A stretch of 62,490 nt of DNA, the filler included, from Aduncisulcus paluster (taxonomy: Eukaryota), in NCBI GenBank assembly GCA_024181965.1. It is 5 parts of 5 records of this genome, joined end to end, with 100 filler letters (N's around TTAATTAATTAA, not from the genome) between each part and the next. Parts side by side here need not be neighbours in the genome. Positions count along the whole stretch, not along the records: positions 51,900 to 62,490 come from BQXS01012497.1; 4 more parts are not named here. One strand, written 5' to 3'. This document shows, one piece after another, positions 57,901 through 62,490 of this stretch. The position numbers were made by a program, and so were the translations under genes. Below the pieces are notes generated by a model. That model was given only the letters and a program-made list of their open reading frames with translations, was not told the DNA's origin and did no database searches. Each line of letters opens with the position of its first letter. Positions within the stretch are counted from its first letter, which is position 1.

Positions 57901-60572
57901 CCTTTCCATTTGTATGTATTTACAGCTCAGAAAACATGTGGGAACTCTGTGTTCTTGAGTGGATGGAAATTGGTCCAAAAGATTCGTGTTGGTAAAATGC
58001 TCACAAAACGCCAACGACATGATGATCGAGAACAACGAAGACTTGATCGTATCGCTGATGCTGAGCAGGAGAACAATGAATATGATGGAAGTTACAGTTT
58101 CAACAACACTCATCCAGATCTCCACCACATGCACCACACGCACCACATACACCACATACATCATCAACACCAACATTCTCAAAGATCTAAATATGGAGAT
58201 AGAGATCATGGTGGAGGGTCGTATTTCGATGAAACGACTGGTGGATCGAGAGTGAGTCAGTCTTCCCCCGTTTACTTACCTCTCCATTCAATCTCATCTT
58301 CTGAAGCTCCTCCAACTCTGACGGCCAGGACCAATGTTGTGTATGACGGGGACAGGGATATGTTGTTGCGGGGCGATGGTCATCATGGTGTTGAGCATGA
58401 GCATGAGGATAACTCATCTAAAGATAGATTGCAGAATGAGAATGTTCTTATTTCTATCATTGACAATGTGTTCGAGAACCAAGAGGTTCAGCCACGTTCT
58501 TCCTCATATCTGCATCATTTCGTGTACAATATCCATTACGAGGCCCAACGCTTCGCTCTAAACATTCCTTGGTCACGGATCAAGGATGGTATGCTGTGTT
58601 TCTTGTTTGCATTTCTGGGGATTGTGTTCCATTTCATCGGAATCTATTTTGGGAATACCGTTTTTGAGAACAATAACCAACCGATCCCCCCCAATATACA
58701 CTCGTATGTTGTCCGTTTCTTATCTTTCCTCTCGATTGAAGTGAACACTCCATTCGACGAGTCACATTTGATACCGCTTGAATACATTCACGATGGGATT
58801 GAAGACTCGCTTCAATTCCTGATTAATGAAGCTCTTGTTGATGAAAGGATCAAGTCATGGGGCAAAATATGCGAGAACCCGGTTGTAACTGGGTTTTCAA
58901 GCGAGACATTCAGAGATGAAGAGTGGACTCACAATCTGTCAGGTGGAATGGATAAAAGGCTATTGCATGATCAGGAAGGGGGCAAAGGAAACTCGTTGTG
59001 GAAACAGTTCGATGATTCAATGATGGGATTGTTCACAGATCCACATTTTTCACATATTGAGACTGAAAAAACCATCAAAACGAATTTCTCAACGTTGATA
59101 TCTTTGGCTTCTTCACCTTCTTCTCCTTTCTTCTCATCCCGTGTTGTGGACTCCTCTTGCCTTTCCTTCAGTGATATAAATTCGATTATCATCTCACACC
59201 CCCCTGTTTACTCACAACAATACACACTCAAGCATGGTGTGATGTCCAAATTACACTCATCACATGGCACTTTACGACATAATGACTCAACTTCATATGG
59301 TTGGGATAACACTTTCCCGACAACTATCATTGAGGGTCATTCAGATTNNNNNNNNNNNNNNNNNNNNCCTGTGAATTTTCCTTCGCGACGGTCTATTTCG
59401 CTGGATGCAACCATTTCATCCATGAAAAGTCCCAGCAGATTTTGGATGCCGTTTAATCCGGCAAATGTGTTTGCTTTCAGGACTTCTTTCAGAATTAATT
59501 CGATTATCATCTCACACCCNNNNNNNNNNNNNNNNNNNNTAACCAACCGATCCCCCCCAATATACACTCGTATGTTGTCCGTTTCTTATCTTTCCTCTCG
59601 ATTGAAGTGAACACTCCATTCGACGAGTCACATTTGATACCGCTTGAATACATTCACGATGGGATTGAAGACTCGCTTCAATTCCTGATTAATGAAGCTC
59701 TTGTTGATGAAAGGATCAAGTCATGGGGCAAAATATGCGAGAACCCGGTTGTAACTGGGTTTTCAAGCGAGACATTCAGAGATGAAGAGTGGACTCACAA
59801 TCTGTCAGGTGGAATGGATAAAAGGCTATTGCATGATCAGGAAGGGGGCAAAGGAAACTCGTTGTGGAAACAGTTCGATGATTCAATGATGGGATTGTTC
59901 ACAGATCCACATTTTTCACATATTGAGACTGAAAAAACCATCAAAACGAATTTCTCAACGTTGATATCTTTGGCTTCTTCACCTTCTTCTCCTTTCTTCT
60001 CATCCCGTGTTGTGGACTCCTCTTGCCTTTCCTTCAGTGATATAAATTCGATTATCATCTCACACCCCCCTGTTTACTCACAACAATACACACTCAAGCA
60101 TGGTGTGATGTCCAAATTACACTCATCACATGGCACTTTACGACATAATGACTCAACTTCATATGGTTGGGATAACACTTTCCCGACAACTATCATTGAG
60201 GGTCATTCAGATTCACCAATCATCACGACACAGGAACTTGCATTGCCTTCATCGCATCTCATCCTTTTCCAGGCATATTACCATCTGCTACCGCGTTTGC
60301 TCACTTCCCTGGAGGTTTTGTACGCCCATAACCTTGCAAACTCTACGTATTTTATGTACTTTGCAGGTGTTGCAAAGCTTGCTGCATTGATTTGTTTTGG
60401 GATTAGTCTAATTTTCATGGTGGTGACAGCAAATGATTGTTCAGATATGATGAATTTTGTGTCCACTTTAAGGTTGAATGGTGAGTGTTATGTGTTCAGA
60501 AAACTATTAAAGATCGCCAAACGACAACGTAAGGCCAAAGAGAAAATGAAGAAAGAAATTGGGCTGGGTTGA
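51949..60572 (+). CDS. Giant multipass membrane protein (>2500 aa), probably 5'-truncated
   Basis: Continuous ORF with alternating TM segments, large extracellular-like domains and His/Ser/charged low-complexity loops. About 58674-59347 is duplicated at 59540-60212 across gaps, and the true C-terminus is in 59607-60572. Confidence 0.8.
54376..54429 (+). repeat. Coding 18-bp tandem repeat x3 (DTDSGD)
   Basis: gacactgattctggtgat x3, with one substitution. Confidence 0.9.
55207..55254 (+). repeat. Coding 12-bp tandem repeat x4 (TDSS)
   Basis: accgatagttct x4. Confidence 0.9.
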
Positions 60573-60704
60573 ATTTATTTAGATTCTAAATTTAGAAGGA
60601 ATATAGCCGGTATATCCCCGGTAACCGCCGGTTATATATCTCAACAATATCACAAAGAGTGCAGAGTTCTGATTTCTACTAGAAATTTTCTAGAATCAAG
60701 AAAA

Positions 60705-61160
60705 TTAAACTTCCATTAGAAAATGAAGAAATGGAAAGAAAAGGGGGAAAGAAGAAAAGAAGGAGATATGAGTCTGTTGCTCGTTGAATTTTACACAGAT
60801 ATAAGCACTGTATTTCTCAAGCAGCTTCATAAAAGGTTTGAGGTCTTCTTGTTCTTTATCATATTGCTCATGGTCTTCCATTTGCTTCTCTTGCATTGCT
60901 TTGAGACTCGTTGGATCCATCCGTTTCTTCTCAACCATGGGCACCAATAAAGTATCGATTAACTTGTAATCAACCAACGGTAGAGCATTGGGGAGACAAT
61001 ATGAGTCGGTGGTTATCGAGATATCCATGGGATTATGCAAGAATGGATCCTTCTGAGTCATTGTCACAGTGTTTGTACTGACATAGGGGTACAGCGAATG
61101 GCCAAGCAGTAAATCAATCGGAATGTCATCCTTGTTGTTTGAAGAAGAGGAACCAAAAGA
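60705..61160 (-). CDS. Hypothetical protein fragment or exon
   Basis: The open frame extends upstream of the called start (NNKDDIPIDLL...). No domain recognised. Confidence 0.3.
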   Translation of the reverse strand, partial: SFGSSSSNNKDDIPIDLLLGHSLYPYVSTNTVTMTQKDPFLHNPMDISITTDSYCLPNALPLVDYKLIDTLLVPMVEKKRMDPTSLKAMQEKQMEDHEQYDKEQEDLKPFMKLLEKYSAYICVKFNEQQTHISFFSSFPLFFPFLHFLMEV

Positions 61161-62047
61161 ACCAAGTTAGTTTATGATCACTTTGGATGGATTGTGGAAC
61201 CACCGATGACTCGAACAAGACAGTATTAGCTCTTACATGGAAATGCATACCAATTGAGACCATGAACACATCAATATCGAGAACAACATTCCAAGCATGC
61301 ATGATACTATCATATATGATATGCATTAAGAGTTGGACAGAAAGGGAACAGATAAAAACATGGAATGGCTAAATAAATATAATGGAATTGGTTCTTATAG
61401 ACTTCAGACTACTAACAAAGCATCTTGAAGATAGAGTTTGTGATGTTGAATTTGTTAAGTTCTCTTTCTAAGGCATGTTGGTAAGGAATTAAAATGTAAG
61501 ACAAAAGAAAAAATAAAAGTAAAACAAAACAAAACATAACATAACAAACCAAAACATAACAAACCAAAACAAACAATAAACAAACAATAAACTGAATTAG
61601 TTTTTATCAATCGAGCAAGCAGAGAAGAATGTGAGAACGACTTTGAAAACCCCAAACTGAAGAAAACCAGAAGCTAGTAGCTTCTCTGCCAATAAGTCGA
61701 TGATATATTCACAATATTCATAGATTTCAACTGCAACTTATCAGCATATTTTGTCACTTTATAATCCAATATGTAAACAAAACTCGGGACTGATGAAACG
61801 ATTTTAAAGAGCATGAGCAGAGGATCTATAGAGACTATAGAAGTGCTAGTATCACCTAGAAAAACAAAGATATTCCAACTATCTACAACAAACTACGATA
61901 ACCTACAAGATACACACGAACGAGGAGTAAAAAAAAAAGGAAATATGTGACGGAAATGGGAGACGGTCATTGTGGATAATTTTATGAAGTCTGTCATAGC
62001 CACTGACAGCGAAACTGCATTGCAATGGAGCTCATAGGATTGACGAT

Positions 62048-62362
62048 TCAAAGCATTGCCATAAACAAGGTAGTTGTTTTCTTCACAGTTACCCTTGACG
62101 GGGGCTTCTTCAATGAAGAATCTTCATCAGGAGTGATTAAGCGATCATCAGGGATTGGAATGCTATAAGACAGGGCGTCGAAGTCAGGAGAACCATAAAG
62201 GGAGAAGAACTTGTCAAAATCGATCCAAGACACCGAGTCCATTTCCCACCCAACAAACAGATCTCTGCGCACCATAACCACAGCCTTTCTCTCGTGGTGG
62301 ACACTGACAGCCTCTGTAATCACCTTCAAGGGCAGCCTCAAGCCACCTTGCATACTCAACAC
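62048..62362 (-). CDS. Hypothetical protein fragment
   Basis: Protein-like 104-aa ORF near the window end. No domain recognised. Confidence 0.3.
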   Translation of the reverse strand: MLSMQGGLRLPLKVITEAVSVHHERKAVVMVRRDLFVGWEMDSVSWIDFDKFFSLYGSPDFDALSYSIPIPDDRLITPDEDSSLKKPPSRVTVKKTTTLFMAML

Positions 62363-62490
62363 ACTGGTCTGGCTGGAGGGAACGTTGGCAAGAAAGAAGA
62401 AAGAAAGAAACCATGGTGATGTCTTGTTCTACCGACAAACGAGAAGGCTTTCAGCTCAATGAAGCATGGAGGTCCCAAACGAATGAGTTT

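Noticed and set aside
52131..59192. Numerous short antisense and alternate-frame ORFs within long genes
   Set aside because: Shadows of low-complexity coding sequence.
2679..60212. Many 180-670-bp direct repeats that look like tandem duplications or internal protein repeats
   Set aside because: Each pair flanks a 20-N gap and is near-identical, so they are unmerged contig overlaps.

Overview
Eukaryotic, AT-rich protist DNA with no prokaryotic features. The lineage-expanded kinase and beta-sandwich repeat families resemble those I recall from Aduncisulcus/Carpediemonas-like fornicates; this is an inference, not a search result. The window joins five scaffolds with artificial N-TTAATTAATTAA-N linkers (1-22387, 22488-38669, 38770-47122, 47223-51799, 51900-62490), and many 20-N gaps carry duplicated flanks. 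Scaffold 1 is mostly a patchwork of transposon fragments: Ty3/gypsy gag, RT and IN, a Crypton-like tyrosine recombinase, several Plavaka/CMC-like DDE transposases, two RLE-type non-LTR 3' ends with an OTU-like remnant between them, hAT and Tc1/IS630. Scaffold 3 holds a decayed hAT transposase and nested Ty3/gypsy elements; one has 242-bp LTRs and a 4-bp CAAG TSD. The other scaffolds carry host genes: a divergent Ser/Thr kinase, membrane proteins, a CaaX protein, a highly divergent dynein-heavy-chain-like gene and a giant multipass membrane protein. The most notable observation is that three different LTR ends are each followed by a perfect AT-rich palindrome instead of a tRNA primer-binding site, suggesting tRNA-independent fold-back priming. 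Also notable are TACTG/TACTA footprint arrays that break elements, strand-coherent TE fragments over about 13 kb, a recurring TCTA-W4-TAGA motif and an apparent pseudo-dynein.
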